From Candidatus Fervidifonticultor sextus (GTDB lineage: Bacteria; Sysuimicrobiota; Sysuimicrobiia; Sysuimicrobiales; Humicultoraceae): a DNA stretch of 64,000 bases. The notes under the pieces were generated by a model. It saw nothing but the letters and a program-made list of their open reading frames with translations, made no database searches and was not told the origin of the DNA. Shown piece after piece: positions 40,591 to 54,280 of this stretch. The stretch lies in contig JAVKHQ010000001.1 of assembly GCA_031459875.1 (NCBI GenBank), forward strand, positions 192,001 through 256,000. Direction: 5' to 3'. Numbering within the stretch: the first letter of the stretch is position 1; every line of letters starts with the position of its first letter. A program made the position numbers and the translations under genes.

Positions 40591-42536
40591 AGCAGCATCA
40601 CGACCCCGGGGACCGCCAGGAGCGCGCCGAGCGCCAGGGCGTTGGCGGTCCGCCACACGGTGTACACCAGCGGCGTGTGCAGATGCGAGAACGAGTTGAT
40701 GGCGCCTGCCGTGCCGACGGTACCGGCCAGGGCCAGGCTGACGGCCAGGCGGCGCCACCCCAGACTGGCCGCGGTGCCCGCCAGGACCAGCGCCGGATAG
40801 CCCACCAGGAACTCCTTCGTCCGCGGACGGGCGACGAGGAACTCTTCCAATGTCGTCCGCAGCCGCTGCTCGAGTTCCGGCAGCGGGACGCTGATGTTGC
40901 CGGTGCGCGCCAGCAGCATCACGGCCGCGACGCCGACGGCCAGCACCAGCAGCGCCGAGCCCACCCGCAGCGGCTGGCTGACCCAGGCCCGCAGCTCCCG
41001 GATCGCCGTCCTCCAATCGTCCCGGCTGCGATCGTCGGAGGCGAGCCACAGCGCCACCAGCAGCACGGGGGCGACGTGCGCGGCCTTCACGCCGAGGAAC
41101 GTGGAGAACGCCAGCATGAACGACCACTGGCTGAGCAGCGCCGCGACGAAGAGGCCGGTGAGGGCCGCGAGCCCGACGGCGCGGACCAGGGTGAGGTATC
41201 CTGCGATCGCAGGCGCCGACCCGGGACGACCGGCCGGCCGCAGCGCCCAGACGGCGGCGCCCGCCGCCCCGGCTGCGGCCACGCCCAGGGCCAGCACCTG
41301 CCGCCAGAGCACTTCGAAGGCGGTGAACCCCGCGGCCACGGTCCCGCAGACGGCGGCGGCCACGATCACCCAGAGCCGTCGCGGGGACAGCCGGACCCCG
41401 ACCGCCGCGGCCAGATCAGCCAGCACCAGCACGGACAGGGAGGCGGCACCCATCGCCACGAGCCAGGAGAGCAGACTCGAGACCTGGGCCTCCAGGGGCG
41501 GCATCGGCCGGCTCCGTTCCGTGGCGAACCCCAGACTCCGCAGGGCCCGGGCGACCAACTCGACCATGCGGAGGTTGGCATCCAGCGCCGGCTCGCCGGC
41601 TGCGGTCGCCAGCAGGGGCCGCACGTAGAGGAGTCTGATGTTGCGCTCCTGCGCGGCACGCACGAACCGGCCGGCCGCCTCGTCCGGCCGCAGGACGAGG
41701 AGTTCCTCGGGCGTGATGCTGAAGACGCGGATGACGTCCGGCCGCATCAGGGCCGTCAGCCGGTCCTCGCCTCTCTGCTTGCGGCGCGCGGTGAAGACCT
41801 CGATGCGTCCAAACCGCGCGCCGATCCGCCGGTACTCGCCCGCCGCCTGATCGAGCAGTCCTTCGTACCCCTGCACCTCGGTCAGGGCGAAGATGAGGGT
41901 CGGCGCGGGGCCGGCCTGCGCGTAACTGTCGGCCAGCATGCGCAGGCTCTGGGGGGTCAGCCCACGGAAGTTGCGCGGCCGCAGGACGACGCCCAGCCCG
42001 GCGGCGCGGACGACCCGGGCGTCCTGGGGCCTGAACCCGAGGCCCAGTTCTTCCACGTCGGACGGCGTGCCCAGCACCTCGAGGACCTGGCCCCTGCGCC
42101 GCACGCGCTCTTCACCCAGCAGGATCCGCAGCCGACCGTGCACGAAGCGCAGGTCCTCCGGCGGCCCGGTCACGTACACGGCGCCGTGGCGGATCTCGCC
42201 TGATGCCAGCAGCGGGCGGAACGGTTCGGCCAGCGGCGCAAGCCGCGCCAGGGCTGCCAGCGTGCCCCCCGCGGCGTAGGTGACGGTCCCTTCGTCAGCC
42301 AGCCGCTTGAGGGTGCTCTCGCCGAGGGCGACCGACACTGCCCCGCGCTGGCGGAGGGCCTGGAGCACCTGCACCGGGTCGCGGCCTTCCCGGCGAGCCA
42401 GGCCGATCCAGTCATCCCCGTCCAGGACGATCTCGACCGCGCGGTAGCGGGCCTCGAGGCGGAAGCGCATGCCCAGCACCGCGACCGAGGCCACCAGGCC
42501 GCAGAGCACCAGGGCCAGGAGCCCGAAGCGCGTCAC
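40560..42536 (-). CDS. DUF5693-like membrane protein
   Basis: RAAQERNIRLLYVRP, RPRTKEFLVGYP, NSFSHLHTP; adjacent to csaB. Confidence 0.75.
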   Translation of the reverse strand: MTRFGLLALVLCGLVASVAVLGMRFRLEARYRAVEIVLDGDDWIGLARREGRDPVQVLQALRQRGAVSVALGESTLKRLADEGTVTYAAGGTLAALARLAPLAEPFRPLLASGEIRHGAVYVTGPPEDLRFVHGRLRILLGEERVRRRGQVLEVLGTPSDVEELGLGFRPQDARVVRAAGLGVVLRPRNFRGLTPQSLRMLADSYAQAGPAPTLIFALTEVQGYEGLLDQAAGEYRRIGARFGRIEVFTARRKQRGEDRLTALMRPDVIRVFSITPEELLVLRPDEAAGRFVRAAQERNIRLLYVRPLLATAAGEPALDANLRMVELVARALRSLGFATERSRPMPPLEAQVSSLLSWLVAMGAASLSVLVLADLAAAVGVRLSPRRLWVIVAAAVCGTVAAGFTAFEVLWRQVLALGVAAAGAAGAAVWALRPAGRPGSAPAIAGYLTLVRAVGLAALTGLFVAALLSQWSFMLAFSTFLGVKAAHVAPVLLVALWLASDDRSRDDWRTAIRELRAWVSQPLRVGSALLVLAVGVAAVMLLARTGNISVPLPELEQRLRTTLEEFLVARPRTKEFLVGYPALVLAGTAASLGWRRLAVSLALAGTVGTAGAINSFSHLHTPLVYTVWRTANALALGALLAVPGVVMLLWVARRLGRS

Positions 42537-43216
42537 GGCGCAGCCCCGGCGCGGGCACCGACGGTCATGCGGCCCTCACGGTAGGCGATCTGCGTCACCG
42601 TCACCGCCACCGGCAGCGAGCGTAACGAGAGCACCGGCCGTCCCGCCACGCCCAGCACCGCGGTCAGCCCGGGCGGCAGATCTGTGCCGTTGAGGTTAAG
42701 GGATGTGATCTGAAAGTAGAGGTCGGTCCCGCCCGACACATAGAACTGCCCCCGCAGGTGGGCGGCGGCGACGAGGGGGCCTGCGCGGAGTTCACCGCTG
42801 GCCGCGACACCCCCGGTGTCGATGGTGACCGAGGGACGCTCCACGCCGCGGGCCCGCAGGTACGCTTCGAGATCGTGCTGGCCGACCTCAACCTCCAGCG
42901 TCCCGCCTTCCACCCCGGTCACGGTCCACCGGCGAGGCGGCTTGAGGCGGACGGTCACGCCGCGCAGCCTCCCCGACAGCCGCTCGGCCGTCACGTCGCC
43001 CAGCCTGACCCTGGTGGCGTCGATCTCCAGCCACGCGATCCGTCCCCGGAGGAGGCCCCACGCGGTGGCCCGCGCCCTGACGTGCAGCGTGCCGGCCGCC
43101 TCCACATGCGGGCGCAGGGCCGCGGCCACGGTCTGCTGGAGGAGCAGGGAGGGCAGCAGGACCCACGCCGCCAGCAGCGCGGCGAGGCCGGCAGCGATCC
43201 ACACCACCCGCCGCAT
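42533..43216 (-). CDS. DUF2993/LmeA-like protein
   Basis: N-terminal TM, LLRGRI motif, beta-rich. Confidence 0.6.
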   Translation of the reverse strand: MRRVVWIAAGLAALLAAWVLLPSLLLQQTVAAALRPHVEAAGTLHVRARATAWGLLRGRIAWLEIDATRVRLGDVTAERLSGRLRGVTVRLKPPRRWTVTGVEGGTLEVEVGQHDLEAYLRARGVERPSVTIDTGGVAASGELRAGPLVAAAHLRGQFYVSGGTDLYFQITSLNLNGTDLPPGLTAVLGVAGRPVLSLRSLPVAVTVTQIAYREGRMTVGARAGAAP

Positions 43217-43217
43217 G

Positions 43218-44313
43218 CTATCGCGCTCGCAGCGCGGCGTCGATGAAGCGGTCGAGGTCGCCGTCGAGCACGCCTGAGGCGTCGCCCGTCTCCACGCCGG
43301 TGCGATGGTCCTTCACCAGCTGGTAGGGGTGCAGGACGTAGGAGCGGATCTGGTTGCCCCAGGCCGCCTCGCGGTGCTCGCCCCGCAGTTCGGCGATCTG
43401 CTGGCGCTGGCGGGCCTCGGCCACCTCGGCCAGGCGCGCCTTCAAGACGCGCAGCGCCGTGAGCCTGTTCGCATGCTGCGACCGCTCGTTCTGGCACTGC
43501 ACGACGATGCCGGTGGGCAGGTGGGTGATGCGGACGGCGGTCTCGACCTTGTTCACGTTCTGGCCTCCGGCGCCACCGGCCCGGTAGGTCTCGACCTTGA
43601 GCTCGTCGTCGCGGACCTCGACCTCGGCCTCCTCGACCTCCGGGATGACGTCCACCAGGGCGAAGGAGGTGTGCCGGCGGTGCGCCGCGTCGAACGGGGA
43701 GAGGCGCACCAGCCGGTGGACGCCCCGCTCGGTGCGCAGATACCCGTAGGCATACGGTCCGGCGACGATGACCGTCACGCTCTTGATCCCCGCCTCTTCG
43801 CCCGGTGAGACATCCACGATCTCCGCCTTGAATCCCCGGCGCTCGGCCCAGCGCAGGTACATGCGCAGCAGCATCGCCGTCCAGTCCTGGGACTCGGTGC
43901 CGCCGGCGCCCGCATGGATCGAAAGGATGGCGTTGGAGGCATCGTGGGGCCCCGAGAGCAGCGCCTCGGTCTCCAGGCGCGTCAGCCCTTCGGTCAACGC
44001 CCGCGCCTCAGCGGCGAGCTCACCGGTATCCAGGCCGCCGGGGGACTCGGCGGCCAGCTCGAGCAGGACGCCGAGGTCCTCCACCCGCCGCTCCAGCGCC
44101 GCCACGGTCTCGACGGTTGAGCGCAGCGCGCTCAGCTCCTGGCCGATGGCGCGCGCGCGCTCCTGATCGGCCCACAGCGAGGGCTCCTGCATGATCTTCT
44201 CGAGTTCGGCGATACGGGCGTGCTTGGCGGCTAGGTCAAAGATGCCCCCGCAGGTCCTGGAGGCGCCGCCGGCTCTCGCTGAATTGGGCCAGGAGGTCGT
44301 CGAGTTGCATCAT
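43218..44313 (-). CDS. prfB: Peptide chain release factor 2 with programmed +1 frameshift
   Basis: ORF1 MMQLDD...LRGHL ends CTT-TGA-C at 44241-44235 behind GGGGG; +1 frame continues to SPF and GGQ motifs. Confidence 0.95.
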
Positions 44314-44396
44314 GGCGCCTGCCATTATAGCAAACGCACCCGGTGCGCTCCAGGGCGCCTCGCCGGGGGCCGCGGCGGAAGCCGGGCCAGTCCTGC

Positions 44397-49030
<4,634 letters not shown>

Positions 49031-49143
49031 CCGACACCTCAGGCCAGAGAGCCGACGCTCTGGGCTAACGACCCCATTATATGCCGGTCAGGGGAGACCC
49101 GCAGCAACGCCTCTGCCTCCCGCGGAGGCTCTGGCTCGCTCAC

Positions 49144-49545
49144 CTATGCGGGCAACACGCGCACGGGCACGTCCCGCGTGACGATGTCGAAATGCCGCCG
49201 GTCCAGCGTCAGGACGTTCCCCCCCGACCGCTCTGCACAGGCGATGACCGCGGCGTCGGCGATCCCCAGGGGGAGGTTGCGATACCGTGAGACGAGTTCA
49301 CCCATCCGGGCCAGGTCCTGCTCCCCGCAGTCCAGGGAGAAACTCCCCGATTGCAGGTCATCGAGGAAGGCCAGCAGGACGTCGGTGCCCAGGCGGCGCT
49401 CGACAAGGTAGCCGACCTCGCAGAGCACGGTGGCAGGCACGACGTACGGGCCCGGATCGGCCATCAGGCCCTCGCGGACCCGAGCGTGATCCGGATCGAG
49501 GCGGTCGATGAGGGCGTAGATCGCGGAGGTATCGAGGGTGATCAC
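49144..49545 (-). CDS. vapC: VapC PIN-domain toxin
   Basis: LDTSAIYA, LCE, IADA, TLDRRHF. Confidence 0.88.
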   Translation of the reverse strand: MITLDTSAIYALIDRLDPDHARVREGLMADPGPYVVPATVLCEVGYLVERRLGTDVLLAFLDDLQSGSFSLDCGEQDLARMGELVSRYRNLPLGIADAAVIACAERSGGNVLTLDRRHFDIVTRDVPVRVLPA

Positions 49546-49766
49546 GGCTTCGACCACTCGCGTTCCAACCAGGCCTCGTCCTCTGCTGCCGGCAGCGTGC
49601 CATCCCGCCCCGCCCCGAGGGACCGGAACGTGGGGCGCTCGAGGTTCTTCAGGTAGTGCTCGACGGCTTCGCGCACCATCTCCGCCTGCGACCTTCCGTG
49701 GCGCCGGGCCGCATCCTTGAGGGCTCGATGCAGGTCGGGGGGGAGGTAAAGTGTCGTCTTCTGCAT
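49542..49766 (-). CDS. vapB: RHH/CopG antitoxin VapB
   Basis: KTTLYLPPDL...SQAEMVREAV; overlaps vapC start. Confidence 0.85.
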   Translation of the reverse strand: MQKTTLYLPPDLHRALKDAARRHGRSQAEMVREAVEHYLKNLERPTFRSLGAGRDGTLPAAEDEAWLEREWSKP

Positions 49767-49772
49767 ACTCTG

Positions 49773-49801
49773 ATTGTGCCATATATGGTATATGGCGTCA
49801 A
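49773..49801 (-). promoter_or_regulatory. vapBC promoter with palindromic operator
   Basis: TTGACG-17-CACAAT; inverted repeat GCCATATA-TGG-TATATGGC (49778-49796) spans the spacer. Confidence 0.65.
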
Positions 49802-49850
49802 CCGCGGCTATCGGGAAGCTCGCAGGCGCCGGGACGGGGGCGAGGGCGGG

Positions 49851-50504
49851 CTACCGGGTCGCCGTCAGCCAGGAGATCGGCCGATTCACGGCCGCCAGCA
49901 CCGCCCGGACCACCGCTTCCCGGGGGTCGTCACGGATCACCGAGGCCCCGGCCAGCGTCTCGTGTTCTTCGCCGGCCAGCGTGACGGTCACCACCGCCAC
50001 CTCGTGCTCGCCGACCGGGTGCGTGGCCACCGCCTCGAAGACCAGCAGGCCCTGGGCGCGCAGGAAGACTTCGACGGCGCGCAGCGTGGCCTGGGCCACC
50101 AGGGCCAGGCGGTGGCGGGGAACGCCGGGGCCGGAGGCGACGCCCTCGTAGAGCATCCCGCGGTCTTCCAGGTGGACCTTGACCTCGGCGGTCTGGCGGA
50201 TGAGGCTGACCGACAGCCCGACGAACTTGAGGCGGGCCTGGGGGACCGCGGTGGTCTGCTCCTCGGGCCGCAGCGCCGCAACCCGCACCTGCCGGGGGTC
50301 GACCGTCAGGCCCAGCTCGGCGGCCAGCGCCGAGACCACGTCCACGGCGATCAACTTCGGGCTCCGGTCGGCCTGCCCAAGGACGTGGATGACGTCGATA
50401 TCGCCGTGATCGGTGGGCACCACGCGCGCCGCCACGACGCCCCGCAGGCGGCGGACGATCTCCTCGGCGGCCTCCGCGACCGACCGGGTCCCATCACGGG
50501 CCAC
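49851..50504 (-). CDS. Hypothetical protein
   Basis: High-GC coding bias, RBS-like AGGGGG, EAVVRAVLAAVNR C-terminus. Confidence 0.65.
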   Translation of the reverse strand: MARDGTRSVAEAAEEIVRRLRGVVAARVVPTDHGDIDVIHVLGQADRSPKLIAVDVVSALAAELGLTVDPRQVRVAALRPEEQTTAVPQARLKFVGLSVSLIRQTAEVKVHLEDRGMLYEGVASGPGVPRHRLALVAQATLRAVEVFLRAQGLLVFEAVATHPVGEHEVAVVTVTLAGEEHETLAGASVIRDDPREAVVRAVLAAVNRPISWLTATR

Positions 50505-50535
50505 GCTGCACCCCCTGGTGTGCGGCTACTGGCCG

Positions 50536-51129
50536 CTAGTCGGCTTCGATCAGCCCAAAGTTGCCATCACGCCGTCGGTAGAGCACGTTGATCTTCTCCG
50601 TCCCCGCGTGGCGGAAGACGAAGAAGGCATGGCCCAGCAACTCCATCTGGAGGATGGCGTCCTCGACCGTCATGGGCTTCATGGGGAACCGCTTGGTCCG
50701 CACCACCGCGGGCTGCACCCCTTCGACGGCGGTCGCCCGCAGCGCCGCCTCGGCCGACTGCTGGGTGCGCCGGCGCCGGCGGGACTCGTCCAGTCGGCGC
50801 TTCTCGATCATCCGGCTGCGGTACTTCTCGATCTGCCGCTCCAGTTTCTCCGCCGCGCCGTCGATGGACGCATACATGTCTTGGGAGGCTTCCTCGGCCC
50901 GCAGGACCAGTCCGTCGCACCAGACGGTGATCTCCACCGCGTGAGAGTGGCCCCGGTTCCGGTCCCGGGCCACGCTGAGGACGACCTGCGCATCCTGCAC
51001 CTGATCGAAGAACCTGGGCAGCCTGCCGAGTTTTGCCTGCAGGTAGCGCCGCAGGGCGTCGGTCACCGCGATGTTCTTGCCCTGGACGCGGATCGGAATC
51101 TCCTCAAGTCGCTTCTGCGCTGCCACCAA
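50536..51129 (-). CDS. hpf: Long hibernation promoting factor (RaiA/HPF)
   Basis: [51 protein letters not shown]. Confidence 0.93.
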   Translation of the reverse strand: MVAAQKRLEEIPIRVQGKNIAVTDALRRYLQAKLGRLPRFFDQVQDAQVVLSVARDRNRGHSHAVEITVWCDGLVLRAEEASQDMYASIDGAAEKLERQIEKYRSRMIEKRRLDESRRRRRTQQSAEAALRATAVEGVQPAVVRTKRFPMKPMTVEDAILQMELLGHAFFVFRHAGTEKINVLYRRRDGNFGLIEAD

Positions 51130-51174
51130 TGGACCTCCTCAGTGCGCGATCCGCGACCGGCGGGACGGTGCTCC

Positions 51175-51202
51175 ATTCTGCGGTCGGCCGAAACCCTCCT
51201 CC
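51175..51202 (-). promoter_or_regulatory. sigmaH-like promoter of hpf
   Basis: GGAGGA-18 nt-GAAT. Confidence 0.5.
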
Positions 51203-51234
51203 AGCCCGCCGGCCAGACGGCCAATGCGGCCTGC

Positions 51235-53187
51235 CTACCGAAACAGCGGCGCAAACACCAGCGCGACCACCGTCATGAGCTTGATCAGGATGTTGAGGGC
51301 CGGCCCCGCGGTGTCCTTGAAGGGATCGCCGACGGTGTCGCCGATGACCGCCGCCCTGTGCGCCTCACTCCCCTTTCCGCCGTGGTGACCTTCCTCGATG
51401 TGTTTCTTCGCGTTGTCCCACGCCCCGCCGGCGTTGGCCAGGTAGAGCGCCAGCGGCACGCCCGTGACGATGGCGCCGGCCAGCAGGCCCCCCAGGGCCT
51501 CCTTGTGCAGGAAGATGCCCACCGCGATGGGGATCAGGACCGCCGACAGTCCGGGCACGATCATCTCGCGCAACGCGCCGCGGGTCGCGATGTCCACGCA
51601 CCGGGCGTACTGGGGCCGGGCCGAGCCTTCCATCAGCCCCTTGATCTCCCGGAACTGCCGGCGCACCTCGTCCACCATGCGCTGTGCGGTCCGCCCCACC
51701 GCGCGCATGGCCAGGGCGGCGAAGTAGAACGGGACGATGCCGCCGATGAACAGGCCGGCGATGACCTCGGCGTCCAGGATGTTGAGCGTCTCCAGGCCCA
51801 CCGCCTGCCGGTAGAAGAAGAACAGCGCCAGCGCGGTGAGCGCGGCGGATCCGATGGCGAACCCCTTGGCGATGGCCGCCGTGGTGTTGCCCGCGGCGTC
51901 CAGGGAGTCGGCCGTCCGTCGGACGTCGGCGCCCAGGTGGGCCATCTCCGCGATCCCGGCCGAGTTGTCGGCGATCGGACCGTAGGCATCCACGGAGACC
52001 GTCATACCGGTGATGGACAGCATCCCCACGGCCGCCAGGGCGATGCCGTAGAAGTCGGCGAACCGAAAGGCGAAGATCGTCGTCAGGCCGATGACCACCA
52101 GGGGCAGCACGGTGCTGAGCATGCCCTGGGCGGTGCCGGCGATGACGACGGTGGCGGGCCCGGTCGTGGCCGCATCGGCCAGCGTCTGGACCTGCCGGCC
52201 CGAGGTGTAGTACTCGGCCACGAGCCCGATGATGATCCCGGAGCCCAGCCCCAGGACGACGGCCCAGAACGCGGCCAGGTCGCCCAGGACCGCGCCCACC
52301 ACGAAGTAGGAACCGACGGCCATGGCCGCGCCGCTGGCGAGCGTGCCGTACCGCAGGGCCCGCTGCGCATCACTGCCGCGCACGAAGAGCGTGCCGACGA
52401 TGGACGCGAGGATGCCGACCCCGGCCAGCAGGAGCGCGGCCAGCGCGCCGGGGGCCTGGCGCTGCGCGGCGCCGATGGCGATGGCGGCGATGACCGACCC
52501 CACGTAGGACTCGAACAGGTCGGCGCCCATGCCCGCCACGTCGCCGACGTTGTCACCGACGGCGTCGGCGATCACCGCGGGGTTGCGGGGGTCGTCCTCC
52601 GGGATGCCGGCCTCGACCTTCCCGACCAGGTCGGCGCCCACGTCGGCGCCCTTGGTGTAGATCCCGCCGCCCACCCGCGCAAAGAGCGCGACCGAAGACG
52701 CGCCCAGGGAGAACCCGATCACCTGGTTGGCATCCCGGTAGATCAGGTAGAGGGCGCCCACGCCCAACAGCCCCAGGCCCACCACGGTCATGCCCATGAC
52801 CGCGCCGCCGGGGAACGCCACGCCCAGGGCGTGGACGAGCCCGGCCCGGGCGGCCTGCGCGGTCCGGGTGTTGGCCAGGGTCGCCACACGCATCCCGGCG
52901 AACCCGGCCCCCACCGAGCAGGCGGCCCCGATGACGAACGCGACAGCCGTCTTCAGTTCGATGCCCGGGGTCACCTTCGTGGCCAGCACGACGAACATGA
53001 CGGCCACGAAGAGCCCGATGGCCCGGTACTCGCGGGCCAGGAAGGCCATGGCGCCCTCCCGGATCGCCTCCGAGATGGACTGCATCTGCGGCGTACCGGG
53101 GTCGCGGCGGCGCACGCGCTGCGCCAGGCTCGCAGCATACACCAGGGCGGCCAGGCCTGCTGCGGGTCCAAGCCACAGGGGTTCCAT
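51235..53187 (-). CDS. hppA: Membrane-integral pyrophosphatase (K+-dependent type, Na+/H+ pumping)
   Basis: [41 protein letters not shown]. Confidence 0.93.
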   Translation of the reverse strand: MEPLWLGPAAGLAALVYAASLAQRVRRRDPGTPQMQSISEAIREGAMAFLAREYRAIGLFVAVMFVVLATKVTPGIELKTAVAFVIGAACSVGAGFAGMRVATLANTRTAQAARAGLVHALGVAFPGGAVMGMTVVGLGLLGVGALYLIYRDANQVIGFSLGASSVALFARVGGGIYTKGADVGADLVGKVEAGIPEDDPRNPAVIADAVGDNVGDVAGMGADLFESYVGSVIAAIAIGAAQRQAPGALAALLLAGVGILASIVGTLFVRGSDAQRALRYGTLASGAAMAVGSYFVVGAVLGDLAAFWAVVLGLGSGIIIGLVAEYYTSGRQVQTLADAATTGPATVVIAGTAQGMLSTVLPLVVIGLTTIFAFRFADFYGIALAAVGMLSITGMTVSVDAYGPIADNSAGIAEMAHLGADVRRTADSLDAAGNTTAAIAKGFAIGSAALTALALFFFYRQAVGLETLNILDAEVIAGLFIGGIVPFYFAALAMRAVGRTAQRMVDEVRRQFREIKGLMEGSARPQYARCVDIATRGALREMIVPGLSAVLIPIAVGIFLHKEALGGLLAGAIVTGVPLALYLANAGGAWDNAKKHIEEGHHGGKGSEAHRAAVIGDTVGDPFKDTAGPALNILIKLMTVVALVFAPLFR

Positions 53188-53211
53188 CGTCTTCCCATCA
53201 CCTCCGCGGAC

Positions 53212-54276
53212 TCACCGACTCTCGATCCCCTGTACGACGAACACCTCGGTAAACGTCCGGATGGCGAACCGGTCGGTCATCCCGGCCAGGAAATCGCACA
53301 CGGCCCGCTCGGGTGGATCGCCGGATGCGGCCTGGCGGATTTCGCCCGGGACGGCGTCCGGGTGGGCCACGAAGTACTCGAACAGCAGCGCAAGCATGCG
53401 CCGGCCCCGGGCCGCCTCCGCCGTGGCCGACGGGCTGAGATACACCTGCTCCGTGAGGAAGTCCTTCAGACGGTTGAGGGCCCCCCGGATCGGCTCCGAG
53501 ACATCGATGGCCCCGCCGTCCCCGGCCACGGCGACGATGTCGCGCACGATGACATCCAGCCACCGGCCGCGGCGTTCCCCCAGCACCGCCGTGACCTCGG
53601 ACGGCACCTTCCCCTCGTCCACCAGGCCCGCCCGGACGGCGTCGTCCATGTCGTGGTGCAGGTAGGCCACGCGGTCGGCGAGCCGGACCACCTGTCCTTC
53701 GAGCGTGGCGGGGACCGACGGCTCGGCGTCCGATGTCACCAGATCCCGAAGACCCTTGGAGTGCCCGCCGACGCCGTCCCGGACCTCCCAGGTGAGGTTC
53801 AGTCCCGGCGCCACCGTCCCGTCCGAACGCCTGCGCTGCTCCAGCCGCTCCACGATGCGGAGGCTCTGCCAGTCGTGGCGGAAGCCTCCCCAGGCGGCCA
53901 TGGCCTCGTCGAGGGCGGCCTCCCCGGCATGCCCGAAGGGCGGGTGCCCCAGGTCGTGGGCCAGCGCGATGGCTTCGGTGAGGTCCTCGTTCAGCCGCAG
54001 GGCCCGGGCGATGGTCCGCGCGATCTGCGCGACCTCCAGCGTGTGGGTCAACCGCGTGCGGTAGTGATCGCCCTCGGGCGCCAGGAACACCTGGGTCTTG
54101 TGCATCAGGCGCCTGAACGCCTTGGCGTGGATGATCCGGTCGCGATCGCGCTGGAAGGCGGTGCGCAGGTCGTCGTCGGGCTCGGGCTCGGCGCGCCCCC
54201 GCGAGGCGGACGCGCGGGAGGCGCGCGGGTGCAGCGCGGCCGCCTCCCACTGCTCGGTGACCTCCCGGGGTCGCAC
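53212..54276 (-). CDS. dGTP triphosphohydrolase-like HD protein
   Basis: FQRDRDRI, FRRLMHKTQVF, RTRLTHTLEV, HDLGHPPFGHAGE, AGMTD. Confidence 0.9.
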   Translation of the reverse strand: MRPREVTEQWEAAALHPRASRASASRGRAEPEPDDDLRTAFQRDRDRIIHAKAFRRLMHKTQVFLAPEGDHYRTRLTHTLEVAQIARTIARALRLNEDLTEAIALAHDLGHPPFGHAGEAALDEAMAAWGGFRHDWQSLRIVERLEQRRRSDGTVAPGLNLTWEVRDGVGGHSKGLRDLVTSDAEPSVPATLEGQVVRLADRVAYLHHDMDDAVRAGLVDEGKVPSEVTAVLGERRGRWLDVIVRDIVAVAGDGGAIDVSEPIRGALNRLKDFLTEQVYLSPSATAEAARGRRMLALLFEYFVAHPDAVPGEIRQAASGDPPERAVCDFLAGMTDRFAIRTFTEVFVVQGIESR

Positions 54277-54280
54277 GCCG

